From Bacteroidales bacterium (GTDB lineage: Bacteria > Bacteroidota > Bacteroidia > Bacteroidales > UBA3663): a stretch of 64,000 bases of DNA. Location: contig JAZQOK010000004.1 of NCBI GenBank assembly GCA_045627865.1, positions 6,663 through 70,662 of the forward strand, written 5' to 3'. Position 1 is the stretch's first letter. Each line of letters opens with the position of its first letter. The position numbers and the translations under genes were made by a program. Positions 1 to 10,099 of this stretch are shown piece after piece. The notes beneath the pieces are model-generated. The model had not been told where the DNA came from. It searched no databases and saw only the letters and a list, made by a program, of their open reading frames with translations.

Positions 1-1419
1 GTGCAAAGAGTCATACAGGGCAATGCCGCCCTCGTCGCTCTTGTTGTCACGATGCCAACCGACCCACAGGCGATGTTGACTGTCAAGCATCATGGCTCGC
101 GCACCCATGCCACTCTGTCGACCGCCCATTTCGCTGATAAAATCAAATTCCTTGTTGCTGAAGGCAAAATAGCAGAAACCTACTTCGTCGATATTGCCCC
201 ATAGGTTGTGCTGCTTGTCGATAGCGCCACTGCGGATGTAGAACGAGAGACGTCTACGTCGTCCGTTCTCGTAGGTGTAAGCCTGTTCCAGCCGGTCGTT
301 GCTGTCATCGTAGAAGGACAAAGGAAGGCTGCCTCCAGGTTGTATCCAAACGGTGCCATAATCATCTTCGAATGCAAATTGGAAAGCTGCCGTCGTCGCC
401 TCGACTGGTTGTCCGTGGTAGGGAATGGTTCGAAGTTTGTCCTCCTCGATCAGATATACCTGATCTTCGTTGCCCAACAGCCAGAGACGATGGTGAGAGT
501 CTTCGAAGGTGTAGCGTAAGATCGCTGCGCTGAAGGGGTAGGTTTGTGACTCACTCCGGCCCTCTCCGCTCAGAGAGGGAGAGAATATTGAGACATGTCC
601 ACGTTGGGAGAGGAGGATGCGTCCGTCGGACAGTAGTTGCATATCCTCAATCTCTGCCGGAAGGTGAATCTGCTGGTCAATGAGCTCCTGTGTTGCATAG
701 TCATATCGATAGAGGCGTTCACGAGTGGCAAGATAGGTTTGATTCCCCTGGCTGACCATGAAACGATAAACTTCCTCTCCGACGCTTTGCCCAAGATTGT
801 GGATATAGGCTCCGACATTCGTTAATATCCATTCATTGCCCAGACTATCCTCCTTGATGTTGTAGACCTTTTCGAAACAGAAAGGTAGTGTGGTCTTCGA
901 AACTTCCCATTGGCTATGTCCCTTTTCTGTGATGCGGTTGAAGGTGCTGTCTCCGTCGAAGGTCCAGATAGCACCATTGTTTAAGGTGTATAGCTGAAGA
1001 GCGATGTTCCCATGTTCAGTAAGAGGATTGCAGAAACAGTTGCGTTCGGTGTCGAAAACATAGCAATGACGGCCGTAGGTCGAGACCCAGATATTGCCCT
1101 GCTTCGAGAGCAGCAGTCGCATCACGCGGTGGTTCTCGATGTGGACACTGTCTCCTGGATAGGTCTTGTAGAGCCTTGTCTGTCGTCCATCGAAACGCAC
1201 CAATCCATCCCATGTCCCGAACCAGATGTAACCATTGCCATCTTGCACGAAATGGGATATTTTGGATTGCGAGATCTTGTCCTGGGTAGGGTAAAGCTTG
1301 ACATTCAATGCCGAACAGACTCCATTGTCAGCACTCGCTTGTGTGGCGAATGTAGCCGAAATGAGCAGACACAATATGTGCTGTCCGCATTTTTTTGCAA
1401 TCGTAAAAATCTTCTTCAA
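1..1419 (-). CDS. Hybrid two-component sensor-like protein, N-terminal periplasmic beta-propeller part (3' end lies beyond the window edge)
   Basis: The frame is open from position 1 up to a TAG at 1444-1446. It is missing from the ORF track only because no stop lies inside the window. Hand translation gives a signal-like start, LKKIFTIAKKCGQHILCLLISATFATQASA. It continues ...SHFVQDGNGYIWFGTWDGLVRFDG...GNIWVSTYG...HRLWLLG...HRLWVGW, which are repeated aromatic/Gly propeller motifs typical of Bacteroidota HTCS sensors. The only plausible in-frame start is TTG at 1419. Kinase and receiver domains are not visible. Confidence 0.55.
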   Translation of the reverse strand, partial: MKKIFTIAKKCGQHILCLLISATFATQASADNGVCSALNVKLYPTQDKISQSKISHFVQDGNGYIWFGTWDGLVRFDGRQTRLYKTYPGDSVHIENHRVMRLLLSKQGNIWVSTYGRHCYVFDTERNCFCNPLTEHGNIALQLYTLNNGAIWTFDGDSTFNRITEKGHSQWEVSKTTLPFCFEKVYNIKEDSLGNEWILTNVGAYIHNLGQSVGEEVYRFMVSQGNQTYLATRERLYRYDYATQELIDQQIHLPAEIEDMQLLSDGRILLSQRGHVSIFSPSLSGEGRSESQTYPFSAAILRYTFEDSHHRLWLLGNEDQVYLIEEDKLRTIPYHGQPVEATTAAFQFAFEDDYGTVWIQPGGSLPLSFYDDSNDRLEQAYTYENGRRRRLSFYIRSGAIDKQHNLWGNIDEVGFCYFAFSNKEFDFISEMGGRQSGMGARAMMLDSQHRLWVGWHRDNKSDEGGIALYDSLH

Positions 1420-1484
1420 TTTATTAGCGCTTTTTAGTATAGTCTAAAGAATGTTTTTGTTAGCGGGAACAAGGTTCCAGAAAC

Positions 1485-3485
1485 TTATTTCTTGGATTTG
1501 TTCTTCTCTTCCTTCAACTTCTTGACATAGGCTTTGTACATTTCGTGCCAATTGCGACCATGGGTGTTGAAGTAGAGTTCGCATTTGTCTTTGGCCATAC
1601 CGAAGATTTCTGAAATCTCCTTCATGGTCTTATAATCGATGGCCATCTCGCGTGCCTCGCAAAGGTAGGCATTGCAGACACTGTCTTCGAGAGCGGTCAT
1701 GTTAGGAACGATGTTGTGATAACCCTTGAGGGTGAAAGCCACCTTGCCGATGGTGTATTGGTCGAGGATGCAGATGACCTGTTCCTCGGTCAATTCCTGA
1801 CGAAGACCATTCATCAATGTCTCGTGGATGGAACGAGGCTGGGCGCCGTCGGCAATGATCTGGAGATCAACAGGACGGAGACGTTCGCCTGTGCGAGGAT
1901 TGATGCCTTTCGGACAGTCATTGACATGGGCATTGTGCCACTCGGTAACCGCCTTCAGGTGGTTGTGGATCAGTTTGCGGACACGTGCTGTTTTTTCTGC
2001 ATCGTCGAGGTGCAGGCTATCTGCCCACTTCTGTGCTTTTTCCTGCAAGCCAGCTGCCCATCGGAGGTCGAAGTAGGTTTGACGAGCCTCTTTGTCGAGG
2101 TTTTCTTCGATGAGGGCTTTGATATTGGAGTGTGCTCCGGTAGGGAACTTCTCGATGCTGCCGAAGCTTTGGAGGGCAGCTTCGGTCTCTATGGTTACCT
2201 TGCTTTCGTCCTGCATCTGTTTGGGCAAGTTCCAAATTGAAGCAAAGAAATCGTAAACTGGCTGACGTTTGCTGAGCTTGAAGTCGTGACGCTCGCCTGG
2301 GAGGAAAACGTTCTGAAGCTGGTCTTCGGCTCCATAGAACCCATAGATACGCTTCAGGAATGGAACTTCGAGCGTTGGATGTGTGTGTGTCCAATCTCCT
2401 TCGTCGCCTACCATCATGACTGGTTTTGGTGCGAATGTGCCTAACAGCTCGGTCGCGCAGGTTCCGCCCCGGCTGTACATAATAGGCATACCGCTTTCGC
2501 AAGGACATCCGCCATCGAAATGACTGCAGATGGATACGACTGGGCAGCAGGCTGTGATGCGATCGTCAATCACAGCCATCAGTACGGCATGTGTGCCACC
2601 GCCTGAACCGCCATTGGTGCCTACTCGGGTCGAATCAACGTCTTTGCGGGTGAGGGCATAATCTAACAGACGGACGGCACAAAGGGCTTGCCATACATGA
2701 GCAAGACTAGATTGGTGAGCCGCTTTGCTGACCTGCATTTCTGATTCTCCCCAACCGAAGGTGTCGAAGCTGATGCAGATGGCTCCCATACGGGCCAATG
2801 TGCCGAAACGTGTCTGCAGGGCATCATTGTATCGTCCGTTGGCCCAATGTCCATTCGGGCAGATGATGACTGGATATTTACCCTGACGAGCTACCTGTTT
2901 CTTGGCGGTAGCGTTGTTTGGAATATAGATGGAACCGCAAGTGTAATAACCAGGAGTTAGTTCGAGCGCTATGTTCTGAACCGTGTAGCCATTCATTTTG
3001 CGGGCTTTGCCTAAGATAGGCTTGAGCTCAACGCATTTGGCGAGCAGGGAGTCGATACCGAGTCGTTCGCGTACCTCTCTGCGCAGACCTTCACGACGAG
3101 GTTCCCACTCCTCTTTGTTGCTATACAGCGATGAGAGATAGTTCAGTTTGGCTTCACCATCGGAGTCAAAGTGCCGCATGTACTCGTAAGGCTTGATCTT
3201 CCAGGTGTTCTTGCCCTGATTCCATGCCACGAAGTCGAAGATGCTAAGTACGTTTTTGAGCGATTCTTCCAGGCTCCACGGACGGATGCGGCTCTGTGCG
3301 TAGGGTACAACCAGACCGGTTGTGTCGACGTTGTACTTGAACTTGCACCCGAACTGTTCGCTCAGATCGTTCATAACGTCACTCAATGGTCGCTCCATCT
3401 TATTGTCTGATACAGGTTTGGTTTCGGCCAAGAGAGGAGCCGAAGCCAGCATCAAACTTATAATTCCAAAAACTATCTTTTTCAT
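1485..3485 (-). CDS. Secreted alpha/beta-hydrolase (acetylxylan-esterase-like) fused to a C-terminal DUF3826-like helical domain
   Basis: 666-aa ORF with an N-terminal signal peptide (MKKIVFGIISLMLASAPLLA). It carries a GGSGGG nucleophile-elbow-like motif in a hydrolase-like core. The C-terminal ~200 aa (KAQKWADSLHLDDAEKTARVRKLIHNHLKAVTEWH...) resemble DUF3826, which is found in pectin/RG-II loci. Confidence 0.6.
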   Translation of the reverse strand: MKKIVFGIISLMLASAPLLAETKPVSDNKMERPLSDVMNDLSEQFGCKFKYNVDTTGLVVPYAQSRIRPWSLEESLKNVLSIFDFVAWNQGKNTWKIKPYEYMRHFDSDGEAKLNYLSSLYSNKEEWEPRREGLRREVRERLGIDSLLAKCVELKPILGKARKMNGYTVQNIALELTPGYYTCGSIYIPNNATAKKQVARQGKYPVIICPNGHWANGRYNDALQTRFGTLARMGAICISFDTFGWGESEMQVSKAAHQSSLAHVWQALCAVRLLDYALTRKDVDSTRVGTNGGSGGGTHAVLMAVIDDRITACCPVVSICSHFDGGCPCESGMPIMYSRGGTCATELLGTFAPKPVMMVGDEGDWTHTHPTLEVPFLKRIYGFYGAEDQLQNVFLPGERHDFKLSKRQPVYDFFASIWNLPKQMQDESKVTIETEAALQSFGSIEKFPTGAHSNIKALIEENLDKEARQTYFDLRWAAGLQEKAQKWADSLHLDDAEKTARVRKLIHNHLKAVTEWHNAHVNDCPKGINPRTGERLRPVDLQIIADGAQPRSIHETLMNGLRQELTEEQVICILDQYTIGKVAFTLKGYHNIVPNMTALEDSVCNAYLCEAREMAIDYKTMKEISEIFGMAKDKCELYFNTHGRNWHEMYKAYVKKLKEEKNKSKK

Positions 3486-3569
3486 TCGTTCTTTGATTGA
3501 CTATATATAATTATGGCGCAAAGATATGAATTATGTGCGAGATTTCCAAAGAACATACCCACATAATCG

Positions 3570-4178
3570 TTATTTTTGCTCTTTTACTGCCTGTTGTGGT
3601 TCATTTCCTTGCTTTGTTGCCAAGGAGTGTGCCCATTTCCAGAAAATCTGGCCGAAGGCATAGACCTGAGAATCTTCGACGAATCCCAGTTTGCGGTAGA
3701 TACGCTGTGCCTCCTCATTGTCAGGATCGACCAGCAGGGTCGCCTTGTGGAAGCCTAATGCCTTGGCTCGTTCCAGCTGGGCCTGCATCAGTCGGAAGCC
3801 AATGCCCCTTTTGCGCCACTGTGGCATGACCGCCAATGAATCCATATAGTATTCGCCGGCGACGGCTTCATCCTCGGCATGCTCCAAATCCATCTCCTCG
3901 TGGCTCGGTTCGTGTCCCATCAAGGCTTCAAACAACGGGAAGGTTATCTGTCGCATCTCATGGTACTTGCCACCATCGTAGCAAAGGCAGAGACCAACTG
4001 GCGTATCACCTTCCCATGCAATCATGGCGTGACGATAGGAATACAATACGTCGGTGCGTTGACAGATCTTGGCGATGCCCTTCAGCATCGGCTCCTCTGG
4101 CATCATGTGGAGGGCCATGCAAATGCCACGAGCTACAAACTCGCAATCCTCAATTCTTGCATCACGTATTGTTTCCAT
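3570..4178 (-). CDS. GNAT family N-acetyltransferase
   Basis: 202 aa. It has the acetyl-CoA binding motif region QWRKRGIGFRLMQAQLERAKALGFHKATLLVDPDNEEAQRIYRKLGF. Confidence 0.8.
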   Translation of the reverse strand: METIRDARIEDCEFVARGICMALHMMPEEPMLKGIAKICQRTDVLYSYRHAMIAWEGDTPVGLCLCYDGGKYHEMRQITFPLFEALMGHEPSHEEMDLEHAEDEAVAGEYYMDSLAVMPQWRKRGIGFRLMQAQLERAKALGFHKATLLVDPDNEEAQRIYRKLGFVEDSQVYAFGQIFWKWAHSLATKQGNEPQQAVKEQK

Positions 4179-4206
4179 GGGTAGTTATGCTTTTGGAGAA
4201 GGAGGG

Positions 4207-7200
4207 TTAGCGGATAAACATAATCTCATTGGCAGAGGCCTTGATAGCGGCCTGACCATCGGCGGCAACCTTGAGGGAGCTGAGTTTCTGGAGCTCGCCA
4301 GACTTGCTTACCTTGTATAGCGTGTGCGAGCCAGGACGGAGCTTCAGGGTAGTCTCGCCCTCCTCGGTAAAATAGAGAAGAGAGGCGTTGTCATTGTTCA
4401 GCAGTTTGGCTACAGGAGCATCGGTAGGACGCATGGTGGCAAGTTCCTTGCGCAGAGAAGTATCCTGAATCTGGACATTACAGCCAGAACCGCCTGCCAT
4501 GAGGATGGCCCAGCCGAGGTCCGGATAGTTCTGCGCATAGAAGGTAACTGCTTTATCCGGATACTGAGAGGTGTACTCGTAAACGCTCTTATAAGCCTCG
4601 GCAAAACCAGTTTTCCCTACTGGTTGCTTTCGGATATGCTGTCGAGGAGCCATGTTGAGACCTCCTAACGGATCCCAGATCTCCTTGGGGTTACGTTTGT
4701 CGGGCTGACGGTAAAACCAGTATTGAATCTGGATGATGTCGATGGCTTTATTAAGCTTAGGATCGGCCAGAAGCGAATCCTGAACATCTTTGGTGCAGGC
4801 AAGGGCAACCTTGACGTCGTTACCGGTTTCAGCCTCCCATTCGGCAACGCATTCGAGCCAGAAACGGGTGAAGTGCAGAGGTCCGGTGTATTCGTTGCTG
4901 ATCAGATGAACGGCATTCGGACAATCGCGGAACTGTTCGAGGTTCTGACGAATGTATTGACGATGCAATTGTCGCATGGTAGGGTTCTGTTCGTCGTAGA
5001 ACCACTCTGCCACAAAGACTCGTTTATCGCCAGTGAAAGGAACCGGTTCGGGGAAGACGGTCTCATTGATGTTATTGACTGGACGCCAAGGCGAATCGAC
5101 CCAATGTGCTCCCGCTTCGAGGATGTTGTGCTGGAAGTAGTGCTCGTAGTAGAGCAGGCGGTCGGGCGCTTTTTGGCAGAACTCGCGCAGACGGTCATAG
5201 TACCATTGATTGGGTTGGGTGAGATCGTAGCGGGACAATCCCTCCCAGGCAGTTCCCTCGCCGCTGCGAGCCCAGGGCATTTCGTAAAATGGGGCCCAGC
5301 ATTCAGCATCACGGCGACGGATGCGTTCGTGGTCATCGCGACGACGGTCGTACCAAAGTCCGTAGCATTGATCGTAAGCCAGTATGCTCTTGTCCTGCAT
5401 ATAGGCGACTACGCTATCTACACGGTCTGTCAAGCCTAGGCCTTCACGATCAGGAACAAAGCGGGTTAAGGCAGGCTGTGCTTTCTTTTCGAGATAGTTT
5501 GGGCGAAGCTTGCCGTTCCACCAAGGGGCATCGTATTTGCCGCCCAGAGCCAATTGATCATTTAGGAGCATCTTTCCATGGGTAATCTCGAACGATGTTT
5601 TAAGATTATTGGCTGCTGAAGCTTTCGTCTTAGGGAACTTGGTCTTGGCAGATTCGTCCTTAGCGAAAAGTTCCTTCGTCTGAATGTCTTGAATCCACTT
5701 TTCAAGCGTCAGCCTTGGTATCTCGCGAGCCTCTTTGGCTGCAGCCATAGCAACCTCGACCGTTGGGCTGGAAGAGGCTTCTGTACTTCGGGGCAGGATA
5801 TAAGGGCTTGGGGCAACTATTGCCGAATTGTTCTCCTTCAATCTGGCTTCGAGTTGTCCGTAATACAAAGAACGTGGCGTTACATGGTTGTTGGTGGATT
5901 TCCAGATGCCGTTACCAACAAACTGACACCAGGTGCCATAGGCGCGGTTCACATTGACCGTGTCAGGACTTGAGCAGAGGATGCGGGCAGCTGTGCAGTT
6001 CCAGAAGATACCATTGGCAGCGGTCCAACCGGCACCATTATTATCCTGATTGATGTTTGCCATTACCAAATCGTGGCCATCAATATCAACAATATCCATC
6101 AGCAGCCCCGTGCTCCAGGCATCGACAGCACCACTATAGCTGAGGGCCTCACGTGCCTCACATTGAACGAAAGCGTTTGGCCCTGCAGCTCCCCAGCCAG
6201 TAGCAAAGGCATGCATGGCGTGGTCGGCCAGACAGCGTTGAACAAGCACTTGCTGTCCCATTACATAGAATGCATTGCGGCGATGGTTGGCCTCCTCGCT
6301 GACTGGGTTCTGGTAGAGGCAGTCCTGAATGGTAATACGTTGGGCGTCTGGCAAAACGATGACACCGCTACCAGCCAACTTCTGAAAGTTCACGTTACGT
6401 ACCCAGCAATCCTCGGCATGATCAATGCTAATGCCCGTCCAGAGGTGCAATTCGTCTTTGGGGTTGCTGCTTTGAATCTCTGCCTCGATGGTAAGTCCCT
6501 CGATGCCTACATGGTGAATGCGTCCATTATGGGCTACCGTTAGAGCATAAGCGTCGTCTGTTCCCCAGAACACTGGAATCGGAGCATCCAGTCCCTTGTC
6601 TGTGACTTTGCGACGGATGCAGACATCAACGTCTCCTGGTTTCCAACCCAAAGCACTGATGCCACCACCATAGATGTCGCATCCCAAATCTTTGATCCAT
6701 TCTTTGGTGCTTGGGTGAACAATCATCACCTCGCTGCCCGCTTTCAGTCCCTCGAAATTTTGGCCTGTAGTCTTGAGCGTATCGGTAGCAAAAGTGGTTT
6801 CCTGACCCTCGATGCAGATGGCTGGTTGGCGATTATTTCCTTGCATGACGAGCCGTGTCTTGTTGGTACCAGCGCCACGTAGTACAACGCCCTCGGCAGC
6901 AATTCGCAAACGGCCCGCGAGTATATAGTCGCCCGCTTCGAGTTGGATCGCACCACGTAATCCATTCTTTAGAGGCAGGGATGCAACCTGATTGATGGCA
7001 TTCTGCAGACGAAGTGTCTGGTCACCTTCTGTAAGTGCAAGATGCAGAACTGTAGGGACGCTTGGAAGTGAGTCTTCCGAAGCCATATATCCACAATAAG
7101 AATAATCAAAAGAAATCTCATCCAGCAAAGAGGCAGCCGAGGCATTGAGAGAGAATAATGCCAACGGGATGAGTGCTAAGTATCTCCACGTATGGTTCAT
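4207..7200 (-). CDS. Large secreted protein with an N-terminal right-handed beta-helix (pectate-lyase-fold-like) region and a C-terminal glycosidase-like domain of unknown family
   Basis: Long ORF. The start is placed at ATG 7200 (MNHTWRYLALIPLALFSLNASAA, a signal peptide) because a TACCTTTG -7 box on the minus strand (7224-7231) lies inside the longer ORF-track version. Function is inferred only from composition and context. Confidence 0.5.
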   Translation of the reverse strand: MNHTWRYLALIPLALFSLNASAASLLDEISFDYSYCGYMASEDSLPSVPTVLHLALTEGDQTLRLQNAINQVASLPLKNGLRGAIQLEAGDYILAGRLRIAAEGVVLRGAGTNKTRLVMQGNNRQPAICIEGQETTFATDTLKTTGQNFEGLKAGSEVMIVHPSTKEWIKDLGCDIYGGGISALGWKPGDVDVCIRRKVTDKGLDAPIPVFWGTDDAYALTVAHNGRIHHVGIEGLTIEAEIQSSNPKDELHLWTGISIDHAEDCWVRNVNFQKLAGSGVIVLPDAQRITIQDCLYQNPVSEEANHRRNAFYVMGQQVLVQRCLADHAMHAFATGWGAAGPNAFVQCEAREALSYSGAVDAWSTGLLMDIVDIDGHDLVMANINQDNNGAGWTAANGIFWNCTAARILCSSPDTVNVNRAYGTWCQFVGNGIWKSTNNHVTPRSLYYGQLEARLKENNSAIVAPSPYILPRSTEASSSPTVEVAMAAAKEAREIPRLTLEKWIQDIQTKELFAKDESAKTKFPKTKASAANNLKTSFEITHGKMLLNDQLALGGKYDAPWWNGKLRPNYLEKKAQPALTRFVPDREGLGLTDRVDSVVAYMQDKSILAYDQCYGLWYDRRRDDHERIRRRDAECWAPFYEMPWARSGEGTAWEGLSRYDLTQPNQWYYDRLREFCQKAPDRLLYYEHYFQHNILEAGAHWVDSPWRPVNNINETVFPEPVPFTGDKRVFVAEWFYDEQNPTMRQLHRQYIRQNLEQFRDCPNAVHLISNEYTGPLHFTRFWLECVAEWEAETGNDVKVALACTKDVQDSLLADPKLNKAIDIIQIQYWFYRQPDKRNPKEIWDPLGGLNMAPRQHIRKQPVGKTGFAEAYKSVYEYTSQYPDKAVTFYAQNYPDLGWAILMAGGSGCNVQIQDTSLRKELATMRPTDAPVAKLLNNDNASLLYFTEEGETTLKLRPGSHTLYKVSKSGELQKLSSLKVAADGQAAIKASANEIMFIR

Positions 7201-7223
7201 AAGATTTATATTATTATTTGCCG

Positions 7224-7231
7224 CAAAGGTA
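7224..7231 (-). promoter_or_regulatory. Bacteroidota -7 promoter box (TAnnTTTG)
   Basis: The reverse complement reads TACCTTTG, 24 nt upstream of ATG 7200. Confidence 0.5.
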
Positions 7232-7326
7232 GATAATTTTTGTAATCCTGCCAAATGTTTTGCCCTTTTTTTGATAAGGAGAGTCAAATATAGAAACGAA
7301 AATTTGGAGAATTGCAGGAAAAGCAG

Positions 7327-7334
7327 TACATTTG
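7327..7334 (+). promoter_or_regulatory. Bacteroidota -7 promoter box (TAnnTTTG) upstream of metY
   Basis: TACATTTG lies about 80 nt upstream of ATG 7415. Confidence 0.45.
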
Positions 7335-7414
7335 CGCCCGGAAAATTCGTGCGATATCGATACGTTTCGCTACGATAATAAAACCCGAAACCAAAACGAA
7401 ATCGATATAAAAAT

Positions 7415-8689
7415 ATGAAACAGAGCGTAGAGACCCTCTGCCTCCATGGCGGATGGAAGCCAGCAAAAGGCGAGGCACAGCAGTTGCCTATCTATCAGAG
7501 TACAACATTCCGTTACACTACCAGCGACGAGATGGCCCGTCTGTTCGACTTGAAGGATGAAGGCTATTTCTATACCCGTCTGGCCAATCCAACCAATGAC
7601 GCAGTTGCCAAGAAGATTGCAGCTATGGAGGGTGGTATCGGTGCAATGTTGACCTCTTCCGGTCAGGCTGCAAACCTCTATGCCGTATTCAATATCTGTG
7701 AGTGTGGCGGTCATGTGATTGCCAGCAATGCCATCTATGGCGGCACATTCAACCTCCTCGGTACGACCCTCAAGAAGATGGGCATCGAATGTACCTTCAT
7801 TGATACCGATTGGAGCGATGAACAGATCGAGGCTTGTTTCAAGGAGAATACCAAGTGTTTCTTCGGCGAGACCATCTCGAACCCTGGCGGTAATGTCTTC
7901 GATATTGAGCGTTTCGCCAAGATGGCTCACAAGCATGGTGTACCGCTGATTGTTGATAATACCTTTGCAACTCCAGTGAACTGCCGTCCATTTGAGTGGG
8001 GCGCTGATATCGTTACCCATTCTACCACCAAGTACATGGATGGTCATGGCTCGCAGGTTGGTGGTTGCGTGGTCGATAGCGGAAACTTCGATTGGGAGGC
8101 CAATGCGCCTAAGTTCCCAGGTTTGACAACTCCAGACGAGAGCTATCATGGCATTATCTATACCAAGCAGTTTGGCAAGATGGCTTATCTGACCAAGATG
8201 ACCAGCCAGCTGATGCGTGATATGGGCTCCATCCCTTCTCCACAGAACAGCTACCTCCTGAACCTCGGCCTTGAGAGCCTGGCTTGCCGCATGAAGCAGC
8301 ATTGTGCCAATGCCCGTGCTGTAGCAGAGTGGTTGAGCAAGAACCCAAAGGTAGGTTGGGTGAACTATTCTGATCTGCCAGGCAGCAAGTACCACGCTCT
8401 CCAGCAGAAGTATATGCCAAACGGTACCTGTGGCGTTATTGCCTTTGGTTTGAAGGGCACTCGTGAGGATGCCATCCGTTTTATGGATAACTTGCAGTTC
8501 ATTAGTATCGTTACCCATGTGGCCGATGCCCGCACCTGTGTGCTCCATCCAGCCAGCCATACACATCGTCAGATGTCGGACGAACAGCTCCGTGAAGCTG
8601 GTGTAGCCCCAGATCTGGTACGTCTCTCTGTCGGTATCGAAAATGTCGAGGATATCATCGCCGATCTTGAGCAGGCTATGAATAAGTAA
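7415..8689 (+). CDS. metY: O-acetylhomoserine aminocarboxypropyltransferase / sulfhydrylase (PLP-dependent Cys/Met metabolism family)
   Basis: 424 aa. Start ETLCLHGGWKP...PIYQSTTFRY, with the PLP-lysine motif HSTTKYMDGHG. Confidence 0.85.
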   Translation: MKQSVETLCLHGGWKPAKGEAQQLPIYQSTTFRYTTSDEMARLFDLKDEGYFYTRLANPTNDAVAKKIAAMEGGIGAMLTSSGQAANLYAVFNICECGGHVIASNAIYGGTFNLLGTTLKKMGIECTFIDTDWSDEQIEACFKENTKCFFGETISNPGGNVFDIERFAKMAHKHGVPLIVDNTFATPVNCRPFEWGADIVTHSTTKYMDGHGSQVGGCVVDSGNFDWEANAPKFPGLTTPDESYHGIIYTKQFGKMAYLTKMTSQLMRDMGSIPSPQNSYLLNLGLESLACRMKQHCANARAVAEWLSKNPKVGWVNYSDLPGSKYHALQQKYMPNGTCGVIAFGLKGTREDAIRFMDNLQFISIVTHVADARTCVLHPASHTHRQMSDEQLREAGVAPDLVRLSVGIENVEDIIADLEQAMNK

Positions 8690-8757
8690 CACTTGCAAGC
8701 CATTTGCAAAGTTCGCCAAATCAACTATTAATATTTTGATGTTTCGTAAAGTTTCAT

Positions 8758-8765
8758 TATCTTTG
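8758..8765 (+). promoter_or_regulatory. Bacteroidota -7 promoter box (TAnnTTTG) for the RND efflux operon
   Basis: TATCTTTG lies 21 nt upstream of ATG 8786. Confidence 0.5.
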
Positions 8766-8785
8766 CACCCGTAATTAATGCAAAG

Positions 8786-9988
8786 ATGATGAATATGAAA
8801 AGAAACACATACAATATCCGGAAGCAGGTAGAGCAAATCTCCCTGCTTCTGTTCGTATCTGCCTCGACGCTGTTGGCTGGTTGCCACGGACACGAGCATC
8901 ATGATGATCACGATCATGACCATGAGCACGAAGAACATGAGCATCACAGTGCCAATGGCGTAGAGTTCTCGCACGAGATGAGCGAATCCATTGATTTCGC
9001 AGTCGCTCCTGTAGAGATGCGCCAGATGGGCAACGTAATCCGTAGTGTAGCTAAGGTAATGCCTGCTCAGGGCGATGAAATGATTCTGACCGCCAAGGTG
9101 GATGGTATCGTGCGGTTGAGCAAAAGCGGATTGGCTTTGGGAACCGACCTTCGGGCGGGAGAGGCTATCTGCAGCATCAATGCTTCGGCTACGGCCGATA
9201 ATAATCTCGAGGCACAGCAAGAGCAGGCTAGGGCAGAGTGGCAACGTGCCAAGAGTGAATTGGAACGAATGGAGTCACTTCGTGCCGATCAGTTGGTGCT
9301 TGAAAGTGAATTACAGCGTGCCCGTGCCGACTATGCACAGGCTGAGGCTCAGTACAAGGCACTGCAGAAAGGCTTTGGTCTGGGGTTGCAGAGTGTCGCA
9401 GCTTCGCGTGCCGGGTTTCTGAAGGAGTTGCGTGTGCAGGAGGGTCAGTTTGTTCAGACGGGTGATGTTGTGGCGGTTGTAGCCCAGAACCAGCGTCTGC
9501 AGCTACAGGCGGAAGTTCCTGCTCGTCGTGCCTCGGATCTAAGGAAGACGATAGGTGCAACCCTCCGTCCAATGAATAGTTCCGATATACTCTCTCTTGA
9601 AGATCTGAATGGAAAATTGCTGGCTTATGGACGTCAGTCGGTGGGCAGTAGTTCCTTCCTGACGGTTTCGTTCGAAGTAGATGCCATCGACGACTTGGTG
9701 GTTGGTTCGATGGTAGATCTCTATATACATACGCAGGGCGAAAAAGAGTCGCTTTGTGTGCCAGCTTCCTCTGTGCTCGAGGAGATGGGCAACTATTTCG
9801 TCTATGTACAGGTGGAGCCTGAGTTCTACGAGAAACGTCAGGTGCGTATAGGTGCGACCGATGGTCTTTATACCGAGATCCTCTCTGGACTGGAGATTAA
9901 CCAGAAGGTGGTCAGTCGAGGCGCTGTCCTGGTAAAGTTGCAGCAGGCATCGGGTGGCATTGATCCACATAGCGGACATAATCATTAG
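8786..9988 (+). CDS. Efflux RND periplasmic adaptor (membrane-fusion) lipoprotein with a His/Asp-rich N-terminal metal-binding tract
   Basis: 400 aa with a lipobox LLAGC, followed by HGHEHHDDHDHDHEHEEHEHH. It has coiled-coil and beta-barrel MFP-like architecture and lies directly upstream of the RND pump gene. Confidence 0.8.
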   Translation: MMNMKRNTYNIRKQVEQISLLLFVSASTLLAGCHGHEHHDDHDHDHEHEEHEHHSANGVEFSHEMSESIDFAVAPVEMRQMGNVIRSVAKVMPAQGDEMILTAKVDGIVRLSKSGLALGTDLRAGEAICSINASATADNNLEAQQEQARAEWQRAKSELERMESLRADQLVLESELQRARADYAQAEAQYKALQKGFGLGLQSVAASRAGFLKELRVQEGQFVQTGDVVAVVAQNQRLQLQAEVPARRASDLRKTIGATLRPMNSSDILSLEDLNGKLLAYGRQSVGSSSFLTVSFEVDAIDDLVVGSMVDLYIHTQGEKESLCVPASSVLEEMGNYFVYVQVEPEFYEKRQVRIGATDGLYTEILSGLEINQKVVSRGAVLVKLQQASGGIDPHSGHNH

Positions 9989-10032
9989 ACCCTCTCCGCC
10001 CCTCAAGGGGCACCTCCCCCATAATGGGGAGG
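9988..10032 (+). repeat. GC-rich palindromic element, subtype 1, overlapping the TAG stop of the RND adaptor gene
   Basis: (TA)GACCCTCTCCGCCCCTCAAGGGGCACCTCCCCC-ATAA-TGGGGAGG. Confidence 0.9.
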
Positions 10033-10099
10033 AAAGTTACAACTGGAGGTCAATGGGTATTGATAAATAGAATAAGTACTTTTAATTCTCCTTGCATTC

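Noticed and set aside
1012-1437. 141-aa plus-strand ORF and other short ORFs between 1 and 1437
   Set aside because: The third minus-strand frame is open across the whole interval and encodes propeller-type sensor motifs. The listed short ORFs are antisense or off-frame noise.
7288-7414. SAM riboswitch or T-box upstream of metY
   Set aside because: The leader after the -7 box is only about 80 nt. It has no four-way-junction-like GC-rich stems or conserved SAM-I core sequences.
7370-9244. 624-aa ORF on the minus strand
   Set aside because: It is antisense to metY and to the RND adaptor gene, both of which have unmistakable family motifs. The translated sequence is low-complexity with no recognisable domain. 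It also crosses a promoter-containing intergenic region.
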